A stretch of 64,000 nt of DNA from the NCBI RefSeq assembly GCF_001194135.2, contig NC_068981.1, positions 38,150,277 through 38,214,276 on the forward strand, written 5' to 3'. A program made the position numbers and the translations under genes. The notes beneath the pieces are model-generated. The model saw only the letters and a program-made list of their open reading frames with translations. It did not search any database and was not told where the DNA came from. This DNA comes from Octopus bimaculoides. Its lineage: Eukaryota. Below are positions 13,180-27,600 of this stretch, one piece after another. Within the stretch, counting starts at the first letter, position 1, and the number at the start of each line of letters is the position of its first letter.

Positions 13180-13475
13180 CCCCTCAGCTCTTGGCATAGA
13201 ACCACCACTCTTTTCTCACTTCCCCAAAACTCTCCCAACTCAAGGGAGCTCTTCCCATTTTCCTTCTTACTGTTATTTTCTTGTCTTGCAAGTTGCTTGA
13301 CAATTTCACCAGTTCTGGTGGCACAAAAAAAGTGCACTCAATACACTCTGTAAAGTGGAAGGGTATCCAGGCATGGAAACCATGCCAAAGCAGGCAGGGG
13401 AGCTCAACATGGCCCTTTGTTGGATTCAGTCCAATACATCCTACTATGGAAAATAAACATTAAAATGATGATGAG
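13180..13475 (+). mobile_element. Family B repeat, decayed copy
   Basis: gtgcactcaatacactctgtaaagtgg-aagggtatccag...tggaaaataaacattaaaatgatgatg. Confidence 0.55.
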
Positions 13476-14354
13476 TTGGATGATAATGATGATATAATAC
13501 ACACATATATATGTATACATATGTAGCTTGAACTAAAATACAGTCAACAACCATTGACTTTGCATATGTCTATATAAATATGTATGTCTGTGTGCATGTA
13601 TGTATGTGTGTGTGTATGTGTACATGCATGCACGCATGTGTGTGTATGTGTGTGCACATGAGAGTGTATGTGTGTGCAAATGTGAGTGTGTTTGTGTGAG
13701 ACATTGTATTGACATTGTAAACTGACTGTAAATAAAAGGTTTTGTGCCCAACAAGAAAATAATGCTGGCATGAAGTCTTCCAGACTAGAGGAAATATGAC
13801 CATGTGAGGATAGATATGTATAAGTGTCTTTTTACATTGGTATCACATGTCATTTGTTAGAAAAAATTTTGCGTATAAGCAGTGACTCTAGTTTCCATTC
13901 TTCAATGAAAACATGTCTAAACAAAAGGGAAATATAAACCTGCTTAAAAACAAGTGAGTGTTGATGACAGGAAGAGTATCCAGCTATAGAAAACTCAGCT
14001 CTAATGTGTCCTGCCTGACCCATACAAGCATGGAAGTGCTGAAACAAAAACAAAGATTAATGGTGTTAATAGCACATCAGAAAAGAGTTTGGAGTACCAG
14101 ATAACAAACAGAGGCTAAACACCTTGAAATACTCCATACTCAGAAAAAAAAAAAACNNNNNNNNNNTCAGAAAAAAAAAAAAACCCTAATATTTTCTCAT
14201 TAGTTCTAATAACAACTTAGCTTTAATGTTTATGTATATTTTGAAACTTCTCCACCACAATTTTTAAGATTTAATTATCGCATTCTTTCTAATACCATTC
14301 AGTATCTAAATGTAAATATAAAACCAATGCCTACATTACAATCCAGCAAACGCA

Positions 14355-14495
14355 GGTGGCTCTGTGAAAGGGTATTTGGTTCATAATAAGTTTGTGGGTT
14401 AGATTGCTGGACCAAGTAGCATGTTGTGTTATTGAGCAAGGTATTTCACTTCATATTCTTTCAGTCTTTGCAATTGAAAATGGGTACCAGCTGAA
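14355..14495 (+). mobile_element. SINE family D, decayed 5' part
   Basis: catgttgtgttattgagcaaggtatttcacttca...aaaatgggtaccagc CORE-like segment. Confidence 0.45.
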
Positions 14496-16854
14496 TGTCT
14501 ATCTCATCTCATGACTACATAGATGCCTAAAGCACTTAACAAGAACATCGTACATGCTATCAGATCATATTCATTAGTTAGTGATGCCTATAGTGTTTTA
14601 TATTTAATCAAATGCAGATGCAGGCTCGCCTTCCCAATGATTTATAGCAGGATTAAACCTTTTACCTAAGGACTAGAAGCTCAGTAATCTAACCACAGAG
14701 CTTCATTTAATCCCTTATCATCTATAATCAATTTAATTTTGATTCTAAAAATTATTTTGTAAGGTTTCAATTTCAATTGCATTCTCATGAAATTTAAACA
14801 ACGCTCTTCTGCTAATTTTAAACAGATGAAATGCAAATAATATGAGATATAGTTTTATATTCACCTCATATGACTTCAAGTTAGCTGCCACATTCAAATA
14901 CACTCAAAACAGTTAACATTTAAAATCTGGAATACGGGTCTCATTCTAAGATCAAATTTCCATCTTTTTTAGTATCAAAATGTTACTTTCAACTTGTTTT
15001 TTGTTTTTTCTTTTCTTGTGAATGAAATGCAACAGTGAAAAAATTATTTTTCTTCTTTAATAATCCAGCAAAGTAATAAAGATGCTATGAATATTCAGAA
15101 CAGGATTTTGTTTTTCTATGTTATTTACGCTACATTTTTTTTTTTTTCTAAATTATTCTTCAAAATTTCCTGAGAAACCTAAAATCCTTGCAATCTAAAA
15201 AGAAAATCTAATCAATATCTGAAATGTGTTAAACTGCATTGCCATAAATTACTCTTTCAGCTTCCTTCTCTGTGTCTTTTTTACCTTTCTTCCTTCACCA
15301 TCTACATTGCTATCAAATTGTGTCTCTTTATTTTTCTTTCCCTCACTATTTCTTTTCTTGATTTCTTACTTGCAATTACTGCTTTTACAGTGGTCAGACT
15401 AACTAGACAGCTGGCACTTTACCAATATCATCCAAAACCATAGCAATTCATCTCAATGGAACCTACCTAATGACTTGGAGAGCTTAAATTTCCTGCAAAT
15501 CTATTCACAGTATGGCATCTAGCTGACTACATATGCATTAATAGAGTCAGCTTCCTTCATGATTTCCATGAAATTCTGATGCTATCAAGCTTCCCACTTT
15601 CTACTAACTTGCAAGATTTCATTGTTCCGAGATCGAAATATCTTCAGTACTTAGGAGAGAGTCCTTAATTTAATGCAGTAGTTTGTTCAAATTTGACATA
15701 AGTAAAATGTTAGTGACAGAACATTTTATTTTCTCTAATTAACTCATAGAAATAATTTAGACAGTACTTAAATGCAAAAGTCTTCATCCTGTAAATTGAA
15801 CATTTCAACACTGAAAATAAAGCATTTGCCATACTAAACACACCAACCAGCTCCATTTTTCATTTGAGCTAGAAATAACAGCCTAATCTTTCTTAAACTA
15901 CATTCTATCACCTTATAGGAAGATAACATAGGACAATGTATTCTATGATACACAAAAAGGTAAAATTGCACAGCCAGAATGCCTTTGATCATTAATCTGC
16001 CTAATCATAGTTTACTTCGGAGTCAACAACTTCATTCTCAAAAATAATATTTCTTATTTTCTGAAGCACCAAATAAGTAAGCAATTATTTAAAAAACATC
16101 AAGAAAGAAACTTTTAGATACTTACTATCAGTCAATTCACTATGTGTCTGCCCTTTAAATAAACTACAAGCAAAAAGAAAGAATGTAATTTTTAACATTG
16201 AAATAATCAAGTTTGTGTCTGTAGTTAATTTACTAAGCTGCAAATAAAAGTGAAATTGGACGAGGACCCAAAACTATTAAGTTCATGTACAAACTCTCAC
16301 CCTTTATTACTTAGCAACTCGGTATTATAGCTTATCAGAATTGCCTACCTTTGTCAGTAGGAGATAAGAAAAAGGAAATAATTAATTTATACTGAATTGC
16401 TTTATCCCCAAGAGGTAGAGTTGAAAAGTAGAAAATAATGGGGTTGGATAGAAATATTGATTTTTCTTACTAGGCAAGATGCCAAATTTTGAACCAAATG
16501 TTGTATAATTTTACTTGACATTTTTAGATAATATGATAATAATTTGATGGGGCTATTAACACCATTATCCTGGTAGATAGGCTGCTTTTATCCTTAATCA
16601 AGAAATCAAAGTCCCAAGTTCAAATCCAACCTGGTATTATGTAAATATACAGGAAAAAGGTACCTGATGGTATTTGGGAATTAAAGACATAATTTAGTAT
16701 AACTAAGCAATTTTTATTATTATTGTTATTATTTATTATTACATTTGATTGTCATAGTGCTTTTTTTAATTCTCTCCTTGACATATGATCTATTCATGTA
16801 TTACTAGAAAAAACGTGAACTGGAAATAATAATAATAATGATAATAACAATAAT

Positions 16855-17033
16855 CTTTCCTACTCTAGGCACAAGGCCCGAAATTCCTGGAAATGGGGCC
16901 AGTTGATTAGATCGACCGCAGTACGCAACTGGTACTTAATCTATCGACTCTGAAAGAATGAAAGGCAAAGTCGATTTCAGTGGAGTTTGAAGTCAGAATG
17001 TAAAGATAGACGTTTCTGCCAGCTCGCCACCTT
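16855..17033 (-). mobile_element. tRNA-derived SINE, family A
   Basis: ggtacttaatctatcgac...gaatgaaaggcaaagtcga...tttctgccagctcgccacctt; (aat)n on the tail side. Confidence 0.85.
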
Positions 17034-18942
17034 AATAATAATAACAATAATACAACAAAAAGGGAGAGAGTCTTCTGCTATCTTTCACAGTTTGTTGGCT
17101 GCTGCTCTTCAGAGAAGATATACCACTCTTCCTTCCCCAAACTGAGCATATATGAATTATCTTACTTGCTTGTTGTTTTGAAATTTTAAACTTCTCTAAA
17201 AGGAGTTTTGTCTACAAACCACATGGTGTATTATCTCATTATCTGAAGTTTTTCAGCTCATTATATTACATCAGTGAGGCCATATCATTTTTATGTTTAT
17301 TTCTAATTCACTGAGTTTCAATTTCAGCACAGTTTTGAACTTCTTTAACAAAGATAGCAAAGAGCTTCAAATTCAAACAGTTAAGAATCTCTTCTTTCTC
17401 CTTTTTTTTTTTTTAAATAAAAACATATCATTTTCTTATTTTCTTTCCTCACACGTATGCATACACAAGTTTCTCTTCTGTATCTTTTAGTCTTCATTCA
17501 TGTCACATTATTCAGAAATATCATATCCAATTTGTCGTCAATGTCTCTTTGAATGGCACTAGGCCTGTCATGAATATTCATTTGATAAAATGATACTTTA
17601 ACGATTGGTAAATCTGTACGATAGGTTTACAGAATTTTAGCTTGGCATGCTGTGTCATCAGTCTCATTCCAATAGCAAGGATATTTCTTTTGCCATTCAA
17701 AAACAAATTTTTATTCTTTCATATCACTTTCAATTTTACTTTTATGGTGACAAAATGTAAATAAATGTTGAACTATAACATAAGCAGGATGGGTTCGAAA
17801 CTTTGTTACTATTACATATATACTCTTACATTCAGCCTAATGCTCAGTTTTAGTCTACTTCATTAGAGGATAGTCCAGTAGGCTCCATTAAAAAAAAAAG
17901 CCCATTAGATGACTTGTTTTCAATCTGAGTTGAAGCCAATTTAGATCATTTATACTTCCAATGCTCTTGAGGAAAACTAACATTTTACAACCTCATTCTT
18001 CTTTTCTATGAACTTGACTTTGGGACTAAGTAAGAAGTCATTATTTCCAATGACTGACATCAATGTCATTCATTTTGTTAACACTTCCATAATTTTTCTT
18101 TTAAATGAATAGAAAGCCATGTGTATATTTGAAATCTATAGGGAAGCATAATTTATTACTATATATTTAAAAGTGAACTAACAAATGGATTTATGTGTTC
18201 AACTGTAAAGATAAAAATGTTAGGGAATAATAAGGTCTCTCAAAAATTTCGTGAGGGAACTGAATATTATTGTCAAAATATTACTACTTTTATGATGTGA
18301 TAAAAGAGCAAATATATACTCAAGCCAATACATTTGAGGATAAGTATTTGCTATACACATATACAAACGCATGCACATATCCATTTGTGTGTGTGTGTAT
18401 ACACTACATGTATTTATGCAATATATGTGTGTATGCATATATGTCTATATATGTGTGTGTGTATACACTACATGTATTTATGCAATATATGTGTGTATGC
18501 ATATATGTTTATGTATGTGTGTGTGTGTGTATGTATCCATACATATAATGTATATATGTATTAGTATATGCATATGCATGTGTTTTATTATCATTGACAC
18601 ACTTTACACTGTGGGGCATTCCCTTCATCAACTGTCGACCACAGAACACAAAGGTTTTGGCAACTGATGACAGTATCACTCCCTCCAGCAATGCCAAACA
18701 GCATTGATCCCACCAATCCTTTAGGCCCGCATCATATTATATTTTCTTCTTTCTATTCTGCTATCCATGCATTCACAACACCAAATCAGGAACAGCTGTA
18801 AGCCTACTGACCCCCCCTCATTAATGCATCAGCTATTTTGTTTGATCACTATACAAATGCATGAATACACACTCACATAGATGTATGTAAATACATGTAT
18901 TCCTGTCTGCATATATGTGTACATACATGCATACACACACGT

Positions 18943-18989
<47 letters not shown>

Positions 18990-21425
18990 GTCATACATAC
19001 ACATCCATCCATCCATCCATCCATACATACATACATATGTATATAATCTTTGTTCTGCATTTCCTTTGCCTGACAGCATTGGTTGGATGGGTTGTCATGG
19101 TTAAAGCCAACACATACTTGGTGGGTATTGTTCACCTAGAAAGGTTCGGGGATCTAATTTTCGTTGCATTTTGCTTTTTGGCTTAGTCTCAACTTTCAAT
19201 GTCAACACTAGAGATGTCAAGTCCTTAACATGACTAAATCATCCTCAAAATCCAATACTGGGAGCCCTTTATCATGATTCATGACACCAACACGAAGGTG
19301 GTGGCTATGCTCTCAGCATGGCTAAGGAGATCTCACAATCCCTTGTATCTGTTGATACTTTAGAATAGTTAGAGAGAGAGAAACATGAGTGATGATAACA
19401 GGAATGATAATAATGAAAGGTTTGTATGAATTCATGATGAATGATAGAACTCAGTGTTCTGAGATAGGTGCATATATTCAAGTCAACATGACTGAGACAG
19501 CTACCAGGGAGGTAACTGGTTGTATGAGAAGGGTAAGTGATGGTAGAGTGAACCATGCACAAATGGTCTAATGTAGCCACCTACAAATTCATAAGTCATG
19601 AGGTTTACTGAAGGAGGTGATATATAGGTGTACATACATACACACAAACACACACACACACACATATATGTTTTTTGTTAGTATTTCAAAATAGCATTCT
19701 GTATATTTTCTGCACTTTTTATGAATGTGTATATGTGTATAGGTATAAGTTCATTTATGGGAAACATCTTTGAGTACACATATAAAAGCTCTTCCTTTAT
19801 ATGATACCCATCTCTCTGTGCTATATTTTCCCATGCTCTTTCTTCTAATAGAGTCCACTCTGCCACTCTTCTATCAACAACTTTCCCACTGTTATAAATC
19901 TGTTCCTTTCATCATATTATACGTTCCTTCATCACCTCACTAAGAATCACATATCCTCCTCTCTTTCCTCTCCTATTTTACTAATAGAGACCATTTTAGG
20001 TTCTTAATCATGCAAGTTGTAAAGCAACCTCACTAGTGTTGGCTTCACAGAAAATCCAGCCAGTTTCCTCAGTAAAATAGTTGGCATCAGAAAAGCTTCC
20101 AGCCATAGAAAATATGCCATTATAGTAAAGCATAGTCTTCCAACTCATCAGAACTTATCGAATTGTCCAGCCCATAGCAGCATGAAAAACGAACATTAAA
20201 TGATGATGGTTATTAACATGATGATTATGATAGAAAGACACAGACACACACGTGCACGTGCACATACACACACACACACATACACATACATATGTATGTG
20301 TATGTGTGTGGGTATATATATATATATATATATANNNNNNNNNNATATATAAATGTGTTTGTGTATGTATGTATACATAAATATGTATGGGTGCAGATGG
20401 GTGTGTGTGTGTGTGTGCATATATGTTCAACTGTGTATGTATAGCTTGTCAACATGCGTGAAGATTGTAAAATGGAAGTTCATGCTATGAAATCCTTTAT
20501 GTTGTTGTTACTGCAGTAGTAGTAAAAGTGTTGTTGTTGTTGCTGTTCTTGTAAGATAACGAAAAAGAATAAGTGGATGGTTGCCATAAATATATCTAAG
20601 CAATGAGATGAGGAGAAAATATGGACTACAAAGAGAAGCAAATAAGATGAAACAAGACAAAAAATTACAATGGGGAAGGAGAGTTTAGAATTGAATGAAA
20701 TAAGGACAGCAAGATGGAGAGAAACTGAGAAGGGCAGAAAATGAGGGAAGAATAAGGAAGATAGAGTTGAACAGAGTAATAGGGGAGAGGGCAGAGAGAA
20801 AGTATGAGTTAAGTAAGGGAGAGCTGAAATGTTTCTGAGAAAGAAAAAGAGAGAGAGGGGGGGATAGGAAAAGAGAGAATTTAGAAGATCAGAGAGAAGT
20901 AAATATGAAAATTGGAGAGAGCATAAATGAAGCAGTTGTAAAAGAAAACTGATTCTCTTGAATTCTATGAGAGTGACACTTGTCAAAAGTAGTTTGAAAA
21001 ATAGAATATTACAAAAAGGATTAAGAAGGCAGATAATAAATCAATAAATAAGTAAATAAAAGGTGCAAGTGGCTTTCTTTGTTTGATGTATGCTTGGCAT
21101 TTTACTGCCGCTAGACAAACAGGCATACTGACAGGCAGATATGTACGTAGGAAGATAGGTAGATGCAAGAAAAGGGGGTTGTTGAAATGAAAAGAAAGAC
21201 AATATACAGTGTGTCTGAAAGCCAAGATTCAGTTATTGACTGGACGCAATGTAGATAATATTTTTTGTTTACTTGTATTCTCCAATTCCTGCTATTTTTA
21301 TGTGTTTCAGAAATTCTTTTATACTCTCATTTGAAGATAATTTATAACTTACTTTTCTTCATACTTACTTGAAATTGAGTAGACAATATGGCAACCTAAC
21401 TGTGTGTGTGTATATACAAACTCAC

Positions 21426-21474
<49 letters not shown>

Positions 21475-21480
21475 CATTCA

Positions 21481-21519
<39 letters not shown>

Positions 21520-21756
21520 TTATATATATATTTACGTATGTATATCATCTTCATCATGTTAATGTCCATTTGCTTTGCTTGCATTGTTTCGATGGAGTTT
21601 TACTGCGGCAGATTGTCTACTACTGGATGCCCTTCCTAACACTAAATCTCATCTGTTTCCAAGCAACATAAAATTTCCCTATGACCAGACACCTTTTTAT
21701 TTTACAGAATATTCTTAATCACACAGTCCTGCTTGCACCTGTATGTGTATGTATGC

Positions 21757-21806
<50 letters not shown>

Positions 21807-22059
21807 GTCCAGTCCTTACGCCAGTCTTGAAAGAAAAGAAAGATGATCACATGAGGAATAGAAAGATGGACGATGGTCACGTGTGAGCAATGAGAGAGAG
21901 AAACGAAGAAGAGGGAGAGGGACAGAGACAGATAGAAAATAGTGAAGGGGAGAAAAAAGGGAATTAGAGAAGGAATGAGACAGTAAACGATAGGGGAGAA
22001 AACAGTATAGAGTAGAGTTGCATCAAAAAAGATTAAGATAAACTTACTTGGAAATGGAT

Positions 22060-22355
22060 GCTATGGTGGTTTAACGACCCTCCATGTTTGTCTGCATTTG
22101 GTTTCCTTGTATGTCTCTACTGTCCTGTTTTTGTTCCCAACTTTGACTCTCCATAAATCGCAAATTTTATTTTGATACTTATGGGAGAAACTGTCTTTGA
22201 AGACTCATACTGTTGTTCAGTACTCGAATTGAGGTGTAGATAGACAGCTGGCAACTGATGAAGTGTCGTTCTTTATGTTACTTGTCCTCTTTTCCTTTTG
22301 TTTCTCTCATTGTTTGCATATTGAACTCATTTGTTTTCGTATTTAATGTTGTTTA
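22060..22355. repeat. Unclassified interspersed repeat, family E, copy 2
   Basis: Colinear with 10665-10995. Confidence 0.7.
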
Positions 22356-24549
22356 CTGTTGGTGATATCCTATACCCATATATGCAATAATATATATATA
22401 TATCTGTAAAAATACGTGACACTTATTCGGTAGCCATGATAAAACTTGCCTATATTCATATACTAAAAACACCCTTGCTTTAAACACACACATGCTCACC
22501 CACATACTCACCAAAGACTATACATATATGTGCCTTAGCATATATATACAAACATACACATCCACACTCACACGCACACAACAACCCCGCACCCATATAC
22601 ATGCATGCAAAAAATTTTTTAAAAATTTTATAGGGCTAAAAGCAAGAAACAGTGTGTGAAGGCTATAAGGTTAAAGCGCGTCTAAATTGCATATATTTTT
22701 GCATGTATATATTTTCGGACGCACATATACCTATATACGCACATACACGCACACACTCACAAGCGCACACATAGGGTTCCATGTTCGTGTCTATAGATGC
22801 ACAGGAAAAAACAGGGTGGAGGGGAGAAAACAGAAAAATATGTGGAAAAAATACAAAACATTAACTCTATAATAATGTAAAAAATATAACAAAATATATA
22901 AACAAATATAAAATCCAAGTAAAAAGTATAGAAGGGTAAAAAGCTTATACATAGACAATATAGAAAGCAAATTCTATCAGCACAGTCCTATCAGTAAGTC
23001 CTATCAGTAAAAATATTAAAAAAATATATAAGATATCTAAGTAAGAAGTATAGAGAGATAAAAAGCTTATATATAGACACAAAATAGAAAGTAAGTCCTT
23101 TCAGTAAACTCAGGGGGACCAAAAACGTAGCAAATATTTGGCCACATGTGGACATGATCCAAAAAGTTCAGTCTTTGAATTTAGACATGTGGCAGGGTCT
23201 AAGCTGCCTTTCCAGATGAGCCATCTTTCCGTATCACATAGACCACACCTTCTGCTGTCACTGGATGTTGTAACTGGCACCTTTGGTTTTTAAAAGATAA
23301 AAGTGCCAGTTACAACATTAGCAGATGTATGGATGTTATGATATTACCTGCATTATAGTAATGAGATTAAGATGAACATCAGTTTGTGGAAAAGTTTGGA
23401 GCCAGTATGTTAAAAATTAAGGTATCAGAAATTGATTTTAAAAAAAATATATAAAACAATTTATGAATACTTGATGAGAGAGGATAATAGTGATAGTATT
23501 ACATTAGCTAGGACTACAGAATAGCTGGAACTGAGTTAAGACTAGAAAATCATAAATCTTAAAGTATTTGGGTTAATGAGAAAATCACAACAACAGAAAA
23601 AGCAATTTTATATATTGTTTCAGTCAACATCAGTATGATAAAGATATATAAAGGTGAAATATTCACTTTGAATGCATCTACCAATGGATGCATGCACATT
23701 AATTGAAGTTTCTCATATATCATAGAATCCAGTATTTTACTGAACTAACTTTTCAGGTTCTTCAATTGGGGTAGCTCACAAATGTGCCAATTTATTCCGC
23801 AAAGGTGATAGAAGTAGATATCATTCTGAGAATATCCTTGATTTAAATTTAGATATAAAATGATTATTTCTTTTTTCATATTGTTTACCAGTGTGGCAAA
23901 ATAACATGTAACATTTCTACATTTAATTTCATTTGAGTTTTACTTTGTTGTTCAGCATTATTTCAATGTTAGTGTTTCTTTTTTACATACAAAGTTGGAA
24001 AACTTAGTTACATCGTTCGTTGTGTGGAATTGAAATAAGTAGTTGCATTGGGGAAACTGGCAATCACAATGAATGTCTGATATATTTAGTACAGAAACAT
24101 CAATTTTACATTCGAACAACTATTCCTAGTATATCTGGTGTACTGAAAGAAAAGAATTATCTCATAGAAAGGAATGTTGTTGCTTTAATTTGCTGCTGTT
24201 CCTACATTGAAGAATTTCTTCTAATTCACTTGAATATTAATCTATTTAGTCTATTGGATGGGAGTTTGAGTAACTTATTAATGCATACACTGTTTTACTT
24301 TCTTGCTTGTCCCATGCCTTTTTTTAATTAAGGAGCATTACCATTTTGATATCGTTTATAAATTTAGTAGTCACTTGAATGTGAGAATGATTGGGGAACA
24401 TGTAATATGCTTTAACTAATTGTTTCAGATACCTAATTAGTTGGAAATAGATATAGAACTCTCTTGGTTTTCTGACTCTGAACCTGGTGAAATATCTGAG
24501 ATGTGACATCTGGTGGAGAAGAAAGGACAGCATGAGTTGTTGGGTGATA

Positions 24550-24690
24550 CACATTTTCAGTTGAGTAAACAAGAGTAATGTGAAATGAAGTGCTTTGTTC
24601 ATAGATACAACACACTGCCTGACACAGAAATTGAACCCATGACTTATAATCATGAGCTCAGTATTTTACCCATTAGGTCACTTGACTTCA
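24550..24690 (-). mobile_element. SINE family D, decayed 5' part
   Basis: gtgaaatgaagtgctttgttc...aattgaacccatgacttataatcatgagctc, the reverse complement of the tRNA-like head plus CORE-like segment. Confidence 0.5.
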
Positions 24691-27600
24691 CTCAACTACA
24701 AAGAGCTTAATAATATGAGACATTGGTTTTTTTGTTTGCAAAGACATTATTTATTAAATATCTTGGTTTTTGTATTACAAGAGTAGGATAAGCTGTGTTT
24801 TAGCAAATCATATGAATGTGGTCAACAGGATGTACACTAAATTGCATTTCTACTCTGATAATTTTACTCATTATTTCATACTTCCGTATGTTTTATAGTT
24901 TTTGTCTTGTTTAAGCCATCACAGCTAAATCCTTGCTAGAGTACCAATTTGTGTTTTTCCTCTTGCATTATTTAATTGTAGACTGTGTTAGGTCAATGAG
25001 AAGCAGAAACACTATGATGCAGGTCTAGATGACTTCTGGTATTTACTTTTGAAAAAGGAGCTGTGGATTGGCAGTGTTATTTAGTTGCATCACTATGGTC
25101 TGAGTTCAAATCCTGCTAATGCCAATTTTACATTTCTAAAGTTGATAAAATAGAATACAAGTTATGTATTGGGATCAACTGAATCAACTACACTCTCCCC
25201 CAAGTTTTCAACCCTATGCTGTTGCCATTATTTAATCATAGGAGAAAAGGTGATGTCTGTGACCTTGGCAATACTTCCCAGGTCAGTGAGCTGGTAGTTG
25301 TTATTTTACCTCAAGTCTGCCCTGATATAGCAGAGCTATGATCATAAGTATTTCAACTTTGACCAACTAGGACTATAATTATCCAGTGAGGAAGGTGTAT
25401 GACCTAGGTGTTTAGCTCATGGTCTTAATGTCATATATTCAGTCTCTTGATCATTGTGTTCTTGATCATTGTGTTCTCGAGCAAGATACTTCATTTTAAA
25501 TTGCTCCAGTCCATTCAACTGTAAATGATTACTAGCTAAGGTGCTAGTGCAGCTCTCCATTCCTCTAGTAGTCACATCCTGGTACTAGATAAAAGGTGGA
25601 GCTAAAATGATGTTTACGACTACTAGAAATTACATAAAGTTGAGTGGCCCCAACCACTTGTTGCAAAAACATAGTACATGTTACCAAGCCAAACTTGTTT
25701 ATAAATAACGGCTGGTACTATTGAACTTATTTTACTATCCAATGACTCATTATCTATATAAAGCAATATGGTATAATGTGAAAGAAACTTGGCAGAAATT
25801 TCTAGCAAACTGAGTGACAACATCGAAACCTTTACGTTGACTTATTACTAAGCTTCAGAACAGTAATACTTATCTTTTTCTACTAATCCGAGTGACTTTT
25901 CAGTTTTCACACACACTCTTTATTTGCACATTTTATTTGGTTGATCTGTCAATAAGCATTTTATTTAATCTTTATCTACAAAATTTATTATAACTCAAAC
26001 TACAATAAGTGCTATATATGAGCCTACAATTTCTGATTTCCCTCTACTAATGAGTACTGTTTAATGAATGGAGCATCAATTAATTTTGGAAGCAATTTTA
26101 ATTAAATATTCATTTTAGTATCTACTAGTAAAGATCTTTAGATATGTATCTACAAACATGTTTACACAGCTCAGTTGAAACAGTTTAGCCATAAGGCAGA
26201 GCATTTTCATGGCAAAGTTACTCTTACACATCTAAAAGATACAGCCTTGTATGTATTATATAACTAGAATTATATATGTGTACATGTGTATACGTGTGCA
26301 TGTGTGTGTACATATATGAATTTGTTCAATGATGGCTATGACTAATTCTTCATTTCCTTATCAAAATATGATTATGTTATCTTCTAGCATTGCTGTTTGT
26401 TGTTAGTAGCTCATTTAGAACTTGAGAAATGTTCTATAATAAGAAATAAACCATACTTAGAGTTGTGAACAGAAGTTAGTGGAAAATAAATGTCAGAATA
26501 CAATTGCCACAAACTTGCTCCTTCAAATATCATATCAGCATCATTACTCGACAAGTTTATTACTTTCTGTCTTAGTGAAATATAATTACAATAATAGGGA
26601 TTTTATTAAAGAGAAATTCTTTGTTTAAACCAATCAAAATTTATAATAATTATTCTGTAGAATAAAGCTGGCAGCACTTTGGACAATTTACACTGGAATA
26701 TTTTTACATTCTCACATCTTTATACTTTGTTAAATGACAGATGTTAAATTATCTAAATTCCTTTTAGAATTCTGAAATTTGATCCCCTACATGGTATCTG
26801 ATCAACAACAAAAGCACTGCTGAGTTTGGAATGCGAAGTGTCACTTCTTGCCAACTGCAAAGGAGTTGTTGGAATGCCTTCCAGGGTGTAATTAGGAACA
26901 GGTACAGACCCCCTGAAGAAATCACAGCATAGTCTGGATAATGTCATAAAGATCATAAAGTAGTCAGTAAAATACAATGATGTCTAAATTGCAGTCTGCA
27001 TCAATAAGAAAACTAATAAAAATTCAATTTCACATGAAACAAATTAAATTTCTTTTTGATCTTTTAAGTAAAAGCAGCAGCAGAATATTTATTTTTAAAT
27101 CTGAACAGTAACTGTTATAGATTGAATAGTAAATTTTAGTTTGAGTAATCTTATTTACTTCAGTCCTTCTGGACAAAGAGAAGAAGGTAGATTAAACATA
27201 TTTCTGAATAAACTATTTTTATTTAGAATTTAAAACATGAGAAAATTTGCACCTTGATCCTAATGTATAACCCTTTTGAGTGCAGAAGAAAAATATATTT
27301 TTTAGCAAACCTGTCAACGGATAAATGTATGAAATGGTATAATTTCAGGATGATATTTATTATAATTTTGGTATCTATGCTAGGACATTGGTTGTTGAAT
27401 CCATTTTCATTTGATATCATAAATTGTTTGAAGACTTTGTCAGTGGAAATAGTGAACTCTAGGATTCCAAAGGGAGAAAAAATATATGCAAATAATATTA
27501 TCTCCCATTGATGTTGATATCATTAAATAATGTTTGTGTAGTAGATATGAGCATCACGATCTCATTTACCTTCCTCTAAATTACTGAGGCTATATACCCA

